From Eledone cirrhosa (Eukaryota), in NCBI GenBank assembly GCA_964016885.1, contig OZ024740.1:208568001-208632000 (forward strand): DNA of 64,000 bases, given 5' to 3'. The notes under the pieces were generated by a model. That model was given only the letters and a program-made list of their open reading frames with translations, searched no databases and was not told the DNA's origin. The translations under genes were made by a program, and so were the position numbers. Shown here piece after piece: positions 25,740-39,914 of this stretch (positions are counted from its first letter, which is position 1; every line of letters starts with the position of its first letter).

Positions 25740-26351
25740 GAGTTTACGTGGTCAGCTCTGTAACTTTTTATTTCACATGAAAATCTTCATTGCGTTACAA
25801 AAGATTTTACCATACATATATGTACATACATATATATATACATAAAATATACATCATTAATAATAATAATATTCTTGCCCTCTCCTACATGATTATCCTT
25901 CAAGCATAGAATAGAACAGATATCAATATATTAAAAACGCCAAGAATACCTCACTCCCCAGAGTATCTAGGGTCGCAATAAAACACAGTGTGCCCCGCAT
26001 ATCAATCACAGAAATCAACCCTTCAATTTATTTGACAATATATTGCCAAGTTCATTAGAAGCAATCAGAATCAAAAGCAAACAAAACCAAAATTATTCAA
26101 CAAAACTTATTTAGCAGAAATCATTCAAAAAAAAAAACTTTAGGATACCCGGTTGTTCTACAGATGCTCTTATATTTATTATAGAAGTTTATCTAGCTTT
26201 AAAATGTTATTCAATAGATTGGGAGCATCACCATTTTAAGGTAGTTTAATTACATCATTAATTATATACTCATGAAGAAGGTTTAAAATTGAAGGAATCG
26301 AAGGATTTATCCCCAAGTTTCATAAATAATTAAAAATCTTAAGTAAATATA

Positions 26352-28577
26352 CTACATTTTAAATTTATATTTATATTTAAAAGTTGAGTTAAATCTATGT
26401 CTGCAGCAACTGAATAAATTGGTCCGTAAATTAAGGGACTTTTTAGATTTTAGTATAAAGAATATCTCCTCCGCGCAGAGGTCACATGTCTCAGAAGAGG
26501 AATTAAAAGGAATCCCTCTTGAGGCTATATTCCAAACCATCGAATATCCAACGTTATCATGTTTAAGTTGCCAGAGTAAGCCTGATAGTGATGTTGAAGA
26601 TTTTTTGTTTGGATCCGTGAAAGAATTCTTGTGATTATTATAGCGAAGTTTAAATTCTGTCGAGGTGGAACCAACATAATTAAAAGAATTTAAGTCAGTT
26701 TTAACATTACAGTTGTATATTATATTTTTAACTAAGCAATTGTTATTTAACGGGCATTTATATCTATCTCTACAGTTACAGTTGTTTACTTGAATATTGT
26801 TTAGGCTATTATCGGTATTTTGGCTAGGTTTTAGATTCCTATTATTTATTCTATTAATATTTTGTGCTAAATTTTTGGTGGACGAGTAGGTTAATTTTAT
26901 AGTATGTCTATTGAAAATTGAGTGATACTTATGTGTTCTAGGGAAGCGTTTGTCAAGAGCATTAAAAAATAGTTTAGCGATGTGGGTTTTAATGTTTAGT
27001 GAGAAGGGGGGGGGGGCAAACCAAATTATATTTCTAGTTCTATTTCTTTTCTGGTTTTTGGAATTATTGTAATTCTTTCTATTATAGTTGTTAAAGTTGT
27101 TACCGTAATTAAAATTGTTGTTATTTTGGTTAGTTTGTCTATTATTATCGATGTACATAATTTTATCACTATATCCTGCTCTAGCTAACGCTTCATTGTA
27201 ATACTGGGCTTTTTGGTCGAAAATATTTTTATTAGATGAGATTCTAGAGATACGTTTTTGAACAGAGTTCACTATAGTATTTTTAACAGATCTGGGGTGG
27301 TTGGAGTTAAAGTTGACATAATTCAAGTTTTCATTTAACTTGTGAAATGGATAGTGAAGACATGTGTTGAGATTTAATGTTACATCTAGGAAATTGACTA
27401 TTCTATGGTTATTCTCAATTTCTATTTTTAGATTAAGGTAATTAAAAAATTGTATAATTTGTTTTCTTTTTCTATTTAGTTCAGAGTTATTATTTTCAAT
27501 AAGTAAAAGCATGTCATCTCGATATAATCCTCCGGTAACACCGGGTATTTTCCTATGCAGCGAATTAATTAAAAATAGGCCCACAAGGTCTGTTACCTGA
27601 GCTGAGTCAGATGATCCCATAGTAATGTCGAAATTGTTATCTCTATCTGCCCTAGTCCATAGTTGGTTATTAAATTCTATCAATGTTTTCCTTGCCGATA
27701 GTATAATGTGCATTTCATTGCTAGTTAGGTCTGTATGTTTGAATGCGTAATTTAGTGCCTTATTTAGTAGGTTAGGGGTAATAGATGAATAGTAGTTAGC
27801 AATATCTAGTTGAATAAATTTATAATTATTGTTATATTTAATTTCTTTAAACCACTCAATAACCTCTCCAGTTCCCTTCCACAAGCTTAAGTTAGGTAAA
27901 CAATTCAAGTTCTTAATTTTCTGTGTCACCCTGTCTAGAATGTTTTTGCTAAGTTTACCCAGGTCAGATTTTGATGGTGCAATCAATCTGACTGGCAAGT
28001 CATTTTCAAAATTTCTTTTGTGATCTTTCATATTGATCTTGGGTTTCTTGGGCAAGAAAGGTTGTGTTTTGTTCTCAATTTCCAACTCATGCATTATACA
28101 AGATGCCTCAACATTCATTTTCTCAAGTTCAGCCTTATCTGCTACCTTGTACTTTTTCCTTAGTTCTTTCAGTATGAGGCCATTATACATGTCTTTTTCC
28201 AGTCCATAGAGGTTGTTGGTTTTGTCCGATTTCACCAAGATCTTCTCTGTTCTCTCTAAGCTCACAATATTATCCTTAATGCTCTTCAGATATTCCTGGC
28301 CTTTGAAGTTTCTCTTGAATTTGACTCCTTGTATGATAGAAATTATATCGTTTTCAAAATCAATTAAAAGTTTGATGGGGGGTGGATTTTTTTTAGATTT
28401 GAAAACTTTGTCTAAGTCTGAGACATTTTCATTTGTATTAGATTTATCAAAGTGGAATGCACGCCACCTGATTCTCCTTATAAAAGAGTCTGATTTATCT
28501 ATTAATTGTTTAATAAAGTCTTTGTTTCTAGGTAGAGGTATGTCTTTTAAAGAAGAAGAGATCTTAAAGAATTCCAT
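26352..28577 (-). CDS. Penelope-like reverse transcriptase / GIY-YIG endonuclease polyprotein (741 aa)
   Basis: DKT motif (VKSDKTNN), RT motifs QLDIANYYSSI, ITMGSSDS and LYRDD, VNFLDVTL, thumb YVNFNSNHP, CNC-x5-CPL-x3-C linker, NIIY...YVGST...RYNNH (GIY-YIG) and C-terminal CDLC...CRH. Confidence 0.95.
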   Translation of the reverse strand: MEFFKISSSLKDIPLPRNKDFIKQLIDKSDSFIRRIRWRAFHFDKSNTNENVSDLDKVFKSKKNPPPIKLLIDFENDIISIIQGVKFKRNFKGQEYLKSIKDNIVSLERTEKILVKSDKTNNLYGLEKDMYNGLILKELRKKYKVADKAELEKMNVEASCIMHELEIENKTQPFLPKKPKINMKDHKRNFENDLPVRLIAPSKSDLGKLSKNILDRVTQKIKNLNCLPNLSLWKGTGEVIEWFKEIKYNNNYKFIQLDIANYYSSITPNLLNKALNYAFKHTDLTSNEMHIILSARKTLIEFNNQLWTRADRDNNFDITMGSSDSAQVTDLVGLFLINSLHRKIPGVTGGLYRDDMLLLIENNNSELNRKRKQIIQFFNYLNLKIEIENNHRIVNFLDVTLNLNTCLHYPFHKLNENLNYVNFNSNHPRSVKNTIVNSVQKRISRISSNKNIFDQKAQYYNEALARAGYSDKIMYIDNNRQTNQNNNNFNYGNNFNNYNRKNYNNSKNQKRNRTRNIIWFAPPPFSLNIKTHIAKLFFNALDKRFPRTHKYHSIFNRHTIKLTYSSTKNLAQNINRINNRNLKPSQNTDNSLNNIQVNNCNCRDRYKCPLNNNCLVKNIIYNCNVKTDLNSFNYVGSTSTEFKLRYNNHKNSFTDPNKKSSTSLSGLLWQLKHDNVGYSMVWNIASRGIPFNSSSETCDLCAEEIFFILKSKKSLNLRTNLFSCCRHRFNSTFKYKYKFKM

Positions 28578-28620
28578 TTTTTCAGTTATAATATAAAGCG
28601 CTCAACAGTATTGGAGCAAA

Positions 28621-29077
28621 ATATATGCAAAAGTTTTATTTAAAATTGTTGGGTTACAACGAGTAAATATTTTATAACTGATATAAAAGCACTCAACAAG
28701 TTTTGGAGTATTTTACGATATTAAACAGATGGAAACTACATTTATAAAACCATATTTATTTCATTATATATATTTCAGGGATATCATATTAAAAATATGG
28801 TATGCCCTCTTCAGACAAAATACAATATATAAACAGTTTTATAAATAAATTTGACATACCTTAAAATTTTACAACTTCCATTTAAAAAGTTGTTATGGTA
28901 GTGAAAATGTTAAGGACAGTTAGAGACGGAGAGAAAAAAAAAGAAAGAAAGTGTATAGTGCTAAGGACAGTTAGAGAGGAAGGTGAAGAGGATGAAGAAA
29001 TGTATGTAAAGAAAAAACCACAGAGCGAGATAGAGAGAGAGAGATATGGGAGAGAGAAATATTGAGGAGGTGAAAAT

Positions 29078-29116
<39 letters not shown>

Positions 29117-29628
29117 GTTATAGTGTTAAGGATACGGAGAGAAATAAAAATAAAAATAAATAAAGAGAGGTAGAAAGAGATATATGTGGTGGGAGAAAAG
29201 AGGTAGATCGAGTAATATCTATTATACTAGGTGGGAGAGATAGGGGAGGGGTGAGATACAGGAGGTAGAGTTAAAACAGCCGATACATAAGTCCCGTCAA
29301 GTGTAGAGGGAGGAGGAGAAGAGATATATTCAGAAATAAAGATGATAGTTTTAAAATATTATGTTTCATCAGTCTATCAATTCTTATGAATTATAATGTA
29401 AATATCAATATTCATGAATGAGACACATATCAATAATGTGTGAAAAAATAATGACTATATGTTTAGTTTAAAATTCTTAGGTTTATAATCAAAATCTGAG
29501 ATAAAATCTGAGATAAGACTTCAAAAAAAAAAAATACTGAAATACATAAGTATATATGTATTTTCATGAAAAAAGAAAAAGAAAAAAGAAGGTTATCTCA
29601 AATTCAAGTTGACATTATAGACACATGT
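28621..29628 (-). repeat. 5' pseudo-LTR
   Basis: Direct repeat of 24764-25739, ending 43 bp upstream of the ORF ATG. Confidence 0.93.
28752..28828 (-). ncRNA. Type I hammerhead ribozyme in the 5' pLTR
   Basis: Identical to the 24895-24971 motif. Confidence 0.8.
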
Positions 29629-29768
29629 CAAATTTATTTATAAAACTGTTTATATATTGTATTTTGTCTGAAGAGGGCATACCATATTTTTAATATGATA
29701 TCCCTCAAATATATATAATGAAATAAATATGGTTTTATAAATGTAGTTTCCATTTGTTTAATATCGTA
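29625..29768 (+). repeat. Inverted pLTR fragment
   Basis: Reverse complement of about 28714-28857, joined through ATGT microhomology and running into (TA)n at 29767. Confidence 0.92.
29654..29730 (+). ncRNA. Hammerhead copy with core mutation (GAAA to CAAA at 29706), probably inactive
   Basis: Same motif in the inverted pLTR, but G12 is replaced by C. Confidence 0.65.
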
Positions 29769-30129
29769 TATATATATATATATATATCGTTTCTGAATTT
29801 GCTTAGCAAGATTCTTTATCTGAAAACGTGTGTTGAAACCGATATTGTTATGCTTTGGGATAAATGAACTCCAACTAAAATTAAATAGAAAACATGAATG
29901 GAATAGCAACATCACAACTTACAATTAAGGACAAAATGTAAACACACACACACACATATAACAAACAACCAACCAGTAACATATAAATAAACAAATAAAT
30001 AAACAAATAAAAACACTACACAGACACCCGGATGTAACACATGCGCAAACTAAGCACACAACACACACAAAAACAAGATGGCGTAGGACAGAACAAAGAA
30101 GAGGCACAAAACAAAGAAAAGAATCCCCA

Positions 30130-30172
30130 GTCACTGAAGGGGTCACAGTATGTGTGACGAAAGAACTTTGAC
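30130..30172 (+). ncRNA. Degenerate hammerhead motif in a PLE pLTR relic
   Basis: GTCA-CTGAAGG-G-GTCACA/TGTGAC-GAAA-GAACTT-TGAC. Stems I and II are perfect but A9 is mutated. The relic ends in (TA)n near 30325. Confidence 0.55.
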
Positions 30173-30322
30173 AATATATGAACAACCGTCCGGTTATGGA
30201 ACCAGCCAACCAATCGGAAATTTATAAATTCTTAAATTTATAAATTTAATTTATAATAAATTGGAGTGAAATAACTGGTGCGTGTGTTAATTATTGACAA
30301 CATGACCCTCCCAAAGTATAAT

Positions 30323-30386
<64 letters not shown>

Positions 30387-31413
30387 TAACGAATGAGTTG
30401 TGGTAAGGAACCAGATGGACCATAACGCACCAGAGTACTCAATACTTAGGGTAGTAGAGTGGGTAATAGGAAAATGTATGACCCCGACGGCAGAGCTCAA
30501 ACTGTTTCGATGGCTATTTCTGGACTCAGTCATACATTTTCTTATATATATATATATATAAATATATATACAGTCGCTCGAGATTTTACGTAGCTCTCTC
30601 TCTCTCTCTCTGTATATATATATATAGAGAGAGAGAGATAGTTAGATAGATAGATAGAGAGAGAGGGGGAGAGAGGGAGAGAGTGCATTAGAGAGCGTGT
30701 GTGTCTATGTCTGTGGTGCCGAGACCACTAATGTATGGGGAGATTCAGAGAGGGTATAGAGATATATAGAATCTCGACTGCAGCGCCAAGCCGAAATCAC
30801 TTGGCGCCGCTGTCGGGATCTTACCTCTCCCTCCCCCCTCTCTCTCTCTATCTCTCTATAAATATATATATATATATATGATGGCTGCCCCCTCGTTATT
30901 GAATATGGCCATTGCACGATATACCATTATTAAAAATGATTAATTAATTCTATCGTGCAATGCCTGTGCATGAAGATATTTTTTAAAGTGAGGAAAGACT
31001 GTGCACTGAGCCAATCCCACTCTCTGAGCGACAGCAGCTATAACCTGAAAAGAAGAAAAGATCAACATCATCGGTAACTACTGAGCCCCAGGTTTTATAT
31101 CGGAGTTATCCCAGTTTCCTGAGTTGCCTTCTCCTAGAAGAATGCCCTGACAAAGGCTAGGGGTCCTTCACTCCCAGTGGTTTAACCACGCGTTACATGT
31201 GTATATACATATTTACACACTTTTGGATGGCCGTTGACCCTTATGAGTTCTTCCGCCCTTTGTAAGGTTTTTTTTTGTCCTGCAAGGTGTCCAAAATCAC
31301 CCTCCTCACCAAGTAAACTTGGTGGGGTTGCCGGTTTAGTCGCCGACGACCCGACCATGCGACAGGTTGTACTGGGTTACATGTTACCAGTAGCACTCAA
31401 GAGTGACCGACAT

Positions 31414-31444
<31 letters not shown>

Positions 31445-31543
31445 CCGTTTAACGTCCATTTTTTCATGCTGGCATGGGTTAGACGAGTTATCCTGTTGTG
31501 AACAGTATTAGATCAGGTGACTATGTCATGCTCATGCAGAACC

Positions 31544-31590
<47 letters not shown>

Positions 31591-31694
31591 TTTTTTCTAG
31601 TCGATCGACTTTCGTCAAATCGGACCGAGGAAACTATGTTTCCGTTGGTCTTTCCAATTGCTAATACTATCTATCGGTCGCAACTCCAGGTAGA

Positions 31695-31808
31695 AGGAGC
31701 AACGTGAAATAAAGTGTCTTGCTCAAGGACATAACGCATCGCCTGGTTCAGGAATCGAACTCACAACCTCACGATTGTGAATCCAATACTCTAACCACTC
31801 AGCCACAC
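31695..31808 (-). mobile_element. tRNA-derived SINE 5' part
   Basis: Minus strand GTGGCTGAGTGGTTAG (A box) ... GAGTTCGATTCC (B box), followed by GTCCTTGAGCAAGACAC. A decayed relative lies near 47350-47470. Confidence 0.7.
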
Positions 31809-31997
31809 GCATATATATATATGGGGTGGGGTGTATCCATGTCTATGTGTGTTTGTGTGAGACTGTGTGCACGTGTGTGTGAGGGTCAGATGTCTTTAAA
31901 TATATTTTTTTATTCTTCCTGTAAGGAATGAGCTGGTTTCTAACGAAGAAACAAAGATCAATCACTGAAATCTTTTTCTTTTTTTTTGCCTGAAAAC

Positions 31998-32340
31998 CCT
32001 TCTTCTTCTTCTTCTTCTTCTTCTTCTTCTTCTTCTTCTTCTTCTTCTTCTTCTTCTTCTTCTTCTTCTTCTTCTTCTTCGCCCACTTATTTCTGAGAGG
32101 GTCGTAGGGTCATAGTCCTCAAACATTCCTTCCAATGGGTCCTGTCAGATGCAACCATCTCCAACTGATCCGGCTGGATCCCAAAGTGAGACCAGCCAAG
32201 CTCATTGATGTTATCCAACCATCTTGCTCTGGGTCTACCCTGGGTTCTCCTGTCGGTTGGTTTTGCCCGTAAAATCTGTCCAGTGATTTTTCCTGAGACA
32301 TTCTAACCACATGCCCATAGTATCGGAGCTGTGATCTCTC
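31998..32340 (-). mobile_element. 3' end of an RTE-like LINE with (GAA)n tail
   Basis: Encodes LRYYGHVVRMSQE...GRPRARW-like C-terminus, with the (TTC)n tract at 31998-32080 as tail. Related pieces at about 45870-46010, 51640-51770 and 61930-62100. Confidence 0.7.
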
Positions 32341-32343
32341 AAT

Positions 32344-32535
32344 TCAGAGAAGTAACGGCTCCACCTGAAAACCCATCTTTTCTAAATCCTCACTTAGGCC
32401 TTTACTAACATATTGAAGGCCTCCAATAATTATTGATTCCAATGTGGGATTATAATCTGGGTAGAGAATCTGAAGGTTTCGAAACATTTGACCGTAACTA
32501 TTCTCTTTCTCATTTATTTTGGAAGAAATGTTCAC
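32344..32535 (-). pseudogene. Fragment of a restriction-like endonuclease domain of an R4/Dong-type non-LTR retrotransposon
   Basis: NISSKINEKENSYGQMFRNLQILYPDY...SIIIGGL resembles the K-x2-Y...P-I-I-G-A-L-G end of RLE domains. Confidence 0.5.
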
Positions 32536-33269
32536 ATTTACAACATACAGATTGAGGATCCGCGATGGGGGAAATGGCGGGTACCAAAAGTTTGTTAACT
32601 AAATGGGCCGGTGTGATGAAATGATAGACCATGACATATGTTAAAGTGCAGAAAGCTACGAAGGTACTCGTGGATGTGATCACTCAGGTAACGTTCTGTT
32701 TTGGCAGATTGCTTCTGAGGTTAAATAACGATGAGATCATTTTTATCTTTCATATCTCTCTCTCTCTCTCTCCTTCTGTGTGTGTTTGTGTGTATGTGTG
32801 TATGTGTGTGTGTGTGTGTGTGTTTGTGTGCATGAGGACCTCCAGCGGTCGACTGATAAAAAAGGACTGTCCAGTGTTTCGTTCGTTTTTCCGTTCTCTT
32901 CGCCCACTCTTTTTTCATTTTGAATGAACTTAGCCTCGCGTGACACTTTTCCAAAGGACCTCTCAAATTTGTTAGATTTTCAAATTGGATTTTCGCCTCG
33001 AAACTGAATATCAACCCGGAGTTTACCTAAACTTCCACCAGGGAATCTTTCGTATCACTGAAATTTTCTTTGCCTCTTGCATTTAAATATACCACGACCC
33101 TCTATCACTTTTCCTCTTCTATAATCTTCTTACACCACCTTCTCCTTCTCACTCGTCTATTGTTCTCTCCCACCCTAGTACCTTCAGCATGCCCAATCTC
33201 AAATGTTTTCTCCGCCAGCTCCATTCCTCTCTCAAACGCTTCCTCCAACCCCCCAACCCCCAACCCCCC

Positions 33270-34887
<1,618 letters not shown>

Positions 34888-34903
34888 GTGTGTGTGTGTG
34901 TGT

Positions 34904-35252
34904 GTAAAAGGTAAACAGAAATAACAACATAATCGGTACAGTATATGGAAGGAATATATTAAGTTAACGCTTGAAATAGCAGGAAGAGGGTCTTAATGTT
35001 TCGGACGCTAGTCCTTCATCAAAAGAAAGAATGAGAAATAAAATAGATTGAAGAAACGGGCGAGGTGAAATTGGAAAAAATCTCTTTAGAAAAAAATAAC
35101 AGATCCATTCAAGTTGACATCTCTTGGAAAACTGTTGATGCTGGCGTTTTGTGTATGATTTCTTTCTTTAGAAAAGTGGATGATAGAGCGCGTCTACCTG
35201 AAATGGGGAAAAAACCGTTTTGTATAAAGAACTATACTTGTGCGCGTGCGTA

Positions 35253-35350
<98 letters not shown>
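34904..35350 (-). repeat. Inverted (tail-to-tail) copy of the Neptune-type pLTR
   Basis: Almost exact reverse complement of about 34400-34848, separated from it by (TA)n(TG)n. Confidence 0.92.
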
Positions 35351-35390
35351 CGTGTGTGTGTGTGTGTACATGTGTGTACGTATGTGTACG

Positions 35391-35554
<164 letters not shown>

Positions 35555-35952
35555 ATAATAGGGGGTTTCCTCTTTCTTTCTTCTCCCTTCAAAACACTTG
35601 ACTAACCCCTATACAAATCACTACTACAGTAAATGACAAACCAGCATTCCTCCATGACAAATAGCCCCTTAATTCTATTCAGATATCGGTATTGCCATAC
35701 TTCCTTAAATCTTCTTGACAAACGAATGATTTCCCGAAATATAAAGAACGAATTAAATATTTCAACACCATTTTATTGCTGTTTTTTTTAATATATTTAA
35801 TTTTTATATGCAATAATATAGCCTTCTAAAATACTGTTTTCTATACTTCCCACGATGCCTTAAGCAAACTAAAACCTACTTCGTTTTTCATTATCTCACC
35901 CCACCTTGTTTTTATTCATTTTCTATGATCTTAGCCACACGGGACACTTTTT

Positions 35953-36013
<61 letters not shown>

Positions 36014-36454
36014 TGTATATATAATGTATTATGAGTATGTGCTTGTGTGTATGCTAGGCCAGGTCAATAGAGACAATAAACAACTTGACACTTTATTAAC
36101 TTCAATATCTAGATTATTACCTACTGGGGAGGATATTACTACAGCTTTGACTTAATACTGAAATAAACTACTACTAATAATAATAAGTTATGTCATTAAG
36201 AGTTAGGTGTTTTTCCTCTCCGACAGATCAATGAATTTTACCCTCACATGGTATCTATTTCTTAATGTTTTGAATGGACCATTCAAATTGAAATGCTTGC
36301 CAATGGTGCAGAAATAAATTCTACCTTCCCATGGGATCTATTTAAAACTAGAGACACTGTGGCCTAATGACCGATTATAATTGTACAAGTCGTCGATTTC
36401 CTTCGAATGAAACAGTTCTACTCCAGTAGAAGCCATTTCTATATTAATTTTGTT

Positions 36455-36690
36455 GTATACAAGGGATGTCAAAATGAATTGACGTGTTATTTTTATCTAA
36501 AGACTTTTTTTCCAATTCCACTTCGCCCGCCCCTTCAATCTATCTTATTTCTCATTCTTTCTTCTGGTGAAGGACTAGCGTCTGAAATGTTAAGACCCTC
36601 TTCCTGCTATTTCAAGCGTTAACCTAATATATTCCTTCCATATACTATACCGATTGTGTTGTTATTTCTGTTTACCTTTTACATACATAA
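36455..36690 (+). repeat. Third, more diverged copy of the same pLTR 3' end
   Basis: Matches about 34620-34852 and ends in (CA)n(TA)n. Confidence 0.85.
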
Positions 36691-36692
36691 AT

Positions 36693-36760
<68 letters not shown>

Positions 36761-37042
36761 TTTAACAGATGGGGTCTCAGTTGTTTAATCAACTGAACTA
36801 CCGTCACTACTGGTTTTTTCACAGACGCGTATACCCTTAATGTAATTCAGAGCCAGGCATAGATATAACATTATATGTAACAATGTTGGTCAATCTTATA
36901 AACTTACACATTTCTCGTCTACCGAACATTCGCCAATGTGACATCAACTATAACAAAACCAAGAACATCAGTATGGAGAAGTTACCTTTTTAACCACTCA
37001 ATCATGCAATCAAATGTACCGCCACAGAAAACGCACGTATGT

Positions 37043-37694
37043 TATGTGGGTGCCGGCTGAAAGGTTCATAAGCTGACTATGAAGTAGTGATGCTAGAGCT
37101 GTGTAATCTTATGAGCATTAATTTCAACTCTTCTTAATAACTGCATTGTTTCTTTCCATAGAGTAAGTTGAAAAATAAACCTCATTTGATCATTCCATGA
37201 GAGTATCTTGGTCATTCCATGAGAATATCTTGATCAGCATATGAAGCAGTGATGCTAGAGCTGTGAAATCTTGCATGCATTAATTTCGACTCTTCTTATT
37301 AATAACTGTCTTGTTTATTTCCATGGACTATGCTGAAAAAAGAACCTCATTTGATCATTCCATGAGAGTATCTTGGTCAGTCTATGAAGAAGTGATGCTA
37401 GAGCTGTGAATTCGTATATACATTAAGTTCAACTCTTCTTATTAATAACTACATTGTTTCTTTCCAGGGACTATGTTGAAAAATAAACCTCATTTGGTCA
37501 TTCTATGAGAGTATCTTGGTCAGTCTATGAAGGAGTGATGCTAGAGCTGTGAATTCGTATATACATTAAGTTCAACTCTTCTTATTAATAACTGCATTTT
37601 TTCTTTCCAGGGACTATGTTGAAAAATAAACCTCACTTGGTCATTCCATGAGAGTAACTTAATCAGCCTATAAACCTTTTAGCCGACCCTCGTA
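37043..37694. mobile_element. Mariner-type MITE whose interior is tandemly repeated four times (about 143 bp unit)
   Basis: Imperfect TIRs TATGTGGGTGCCGGCTGAAAGGTTCATAAGCTGA and TCAGCCTATAAACCTTTTAGCCGACCCTCGTA with TA ends. Units start at about 37077, 37239, 37382 and 37526. Confidence 0.8.
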
Positions 37695-38179
37695 GGTAGC
37701 AATCAACTATTGGTTATTAATCTGTTGAGAGAACAGCAACAAACCTAGCTGTAGGCTCAATATTTTAATCATTCCCCCACCCTGCCCTGTTATCACTACC
37801 ACCACCACCTTCTCTTCGACTTCTGCTACAATTCTGTAAAATGGTGTCCAGTAAAAGTAGTTGTACCACTTCCGTTCAGCCGACTACAATAGCGTGGAAA
37901 GTTAAACAAACCGTCAATAGCTTCTATTAAAAACGCTAAGTAATAATCTTAACAACAACAACAATATTATTATTACTATTATTATAACCTTAGTCTCTCA
38001 GCTAAAGAAACAAGAGCTTTAGACTTCGATTAATTTTATTTGAAATCAATCAAAACGAAATATAAGCATAAATATGTGTGCGTATATAAATATATATATA
38101 TAAATATACATAGGTATATATATACACACACACACATATATAGATGGATGTATATAAACACACATTCAGTCACACACAC

Positions 38180-38294
<115 letters not shown>

Positions 38295-38748
38295 GATCTT
38301 TCTCTACGAATAGCTGAAATATAAATATAAAATTTCGATCGTCTTTTATACATGAAAAAAACCTAAATAGGTTATACCATTGACTTTGTCCCCCATGCCA
38401 TCCAATTGATTAATTAATTAAATAAATGTACTGGAGTTCTCTATTTGAATACCAGATAGTTTTTTTATATAATACGCTGTGAGAATTGAATCCAACATAA
38501 TAGCTTGAGTATATCTGTGTATAATATTCAGACACGCGCTGATTTCCTCCTGTGAAATATTTTTTCGGTTTCTTCCTTTTCTCGCTCGTCTATCTTTCTA
38601 TTTCTTCTTCTAGCATCCGATGAAGGATTAATGCCCGAAACGTTAAAATTCTTTTCTTACTTATATGAAGCGTTAAACTAATATATATCATTGTTCTGGT
38701 GTATTTATTTTGTTGACCTTCTACACACACACACACACACACACACAT

Positions 38749-38794
<46 letters not shown>

Positions 38795-39419
38795 GCTATA
38801 AATTAATGTTTTGTCTCTCGTCTCTTACTCCACTGGACAGTGTTTTCGTTTGTGTCAGACGTTGTGGGTCGAAACTGCCAAAGTCCATTACATCGGCTGA
38901 TGACTCTGGAGTTCTGTGTCTTTCGTTTGTATTTTTATTTCTAGAAAATAATTTTTAAGGTATCTCCTTTAATAAATTGTTTTTCGTTTTGCCTTGCCCT
39001 CTCTTTGCTGGCTGTTAATTGCTTTGGTGAGATTATAATGAGGATTTATTATTAATTAACTGGTTTTGAAAAGTTCCAGGAAAGGGATGAAACGTTCGTG
39101 AATCACTATTTAATGTATTAATGTATTTGGTGTCTATTTCAATGAATAATTTGCTTCTAGTGTAAACGTTATTTTTAGCACAATAGGATTTAGTATACAT
39201 GCCTTTTTGGAAAATTCTTTCAAAGGGGTATGATACATAGCCTATTGTATTGCTTTTATAATAAATTACTCTATTTTTAGCTGTGTTTAATTTCTCCACC
39301 TATCTTTATCATTTTTAATGTTGCTTTTGTAAAAAACGATATTTATTTCTTTTATATATATATATGGCAAAAGGAGAGAGACAGAGAGAGAGAGAAGGAG
39401 AGAGAGAGGGGAGAGAGAG

Positions 39420-39521
<102 letters not shown>

Positions 39522-39785
39522 AGGAAGGGAAATCACATGTAGTGTAATGTATATTTTTAGATAGGTATTAAAAGGTCTTGCATAGCTAAGACTATATCGA
39601 ACAATAAGTTTTTTTAAATAATCAAAAGAGGGAACACACGAGACAAAAACAATGTAAAAAAACACGACCTGTCTCTTCTCTTACTTCAATTTGTGGGAAT
39701 CCTTATAGTTGCGGTTCATTACAGTTAATACTATTCATTCCAGTGAGGACCAGACAGTAACAGGACAAAACGGGAAAACACACAC

Positions 39786-39907
<122 letters not shown>

Positions 39908-39914
39908 GCATATA

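Larger units (their letters stand above)
24764..29768 (-). mobile_element. Full-length endonuclease-positive Penelope-like element, probably Hydra clade, with direct and inverted pLTRs, inserted in (TA)n
   Basis: Uninterrupted RT + GIY-YIG ORF; about 1 kb direct repeats 24764-25739 and 28621-29628; inverted pLTR fragment 29625-29768; TA dinucleotide tracts on both flanks; hammerhead motif in the pLTR. Confidence 0.93.

Noticed and set aside
26352-28577. Telomerase RT or telomere-specific endonuclease-less PLE (Athena type)
   Set aside because: It has a C-terminal GIY-YIG domain and pLTRs, no TERT-specific domains, and is inserted in (TA)n rather than in telomeric repeats.
26419-28596. Three + strand ORFs overlapping the PLE ORF
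   Set aside because: Antisense shadows of the real coding frame.
38865-38910. GAAA...CTGATGA as a type II hammerhead
   Set aside because: Stems I and II cannot form with an intact core.
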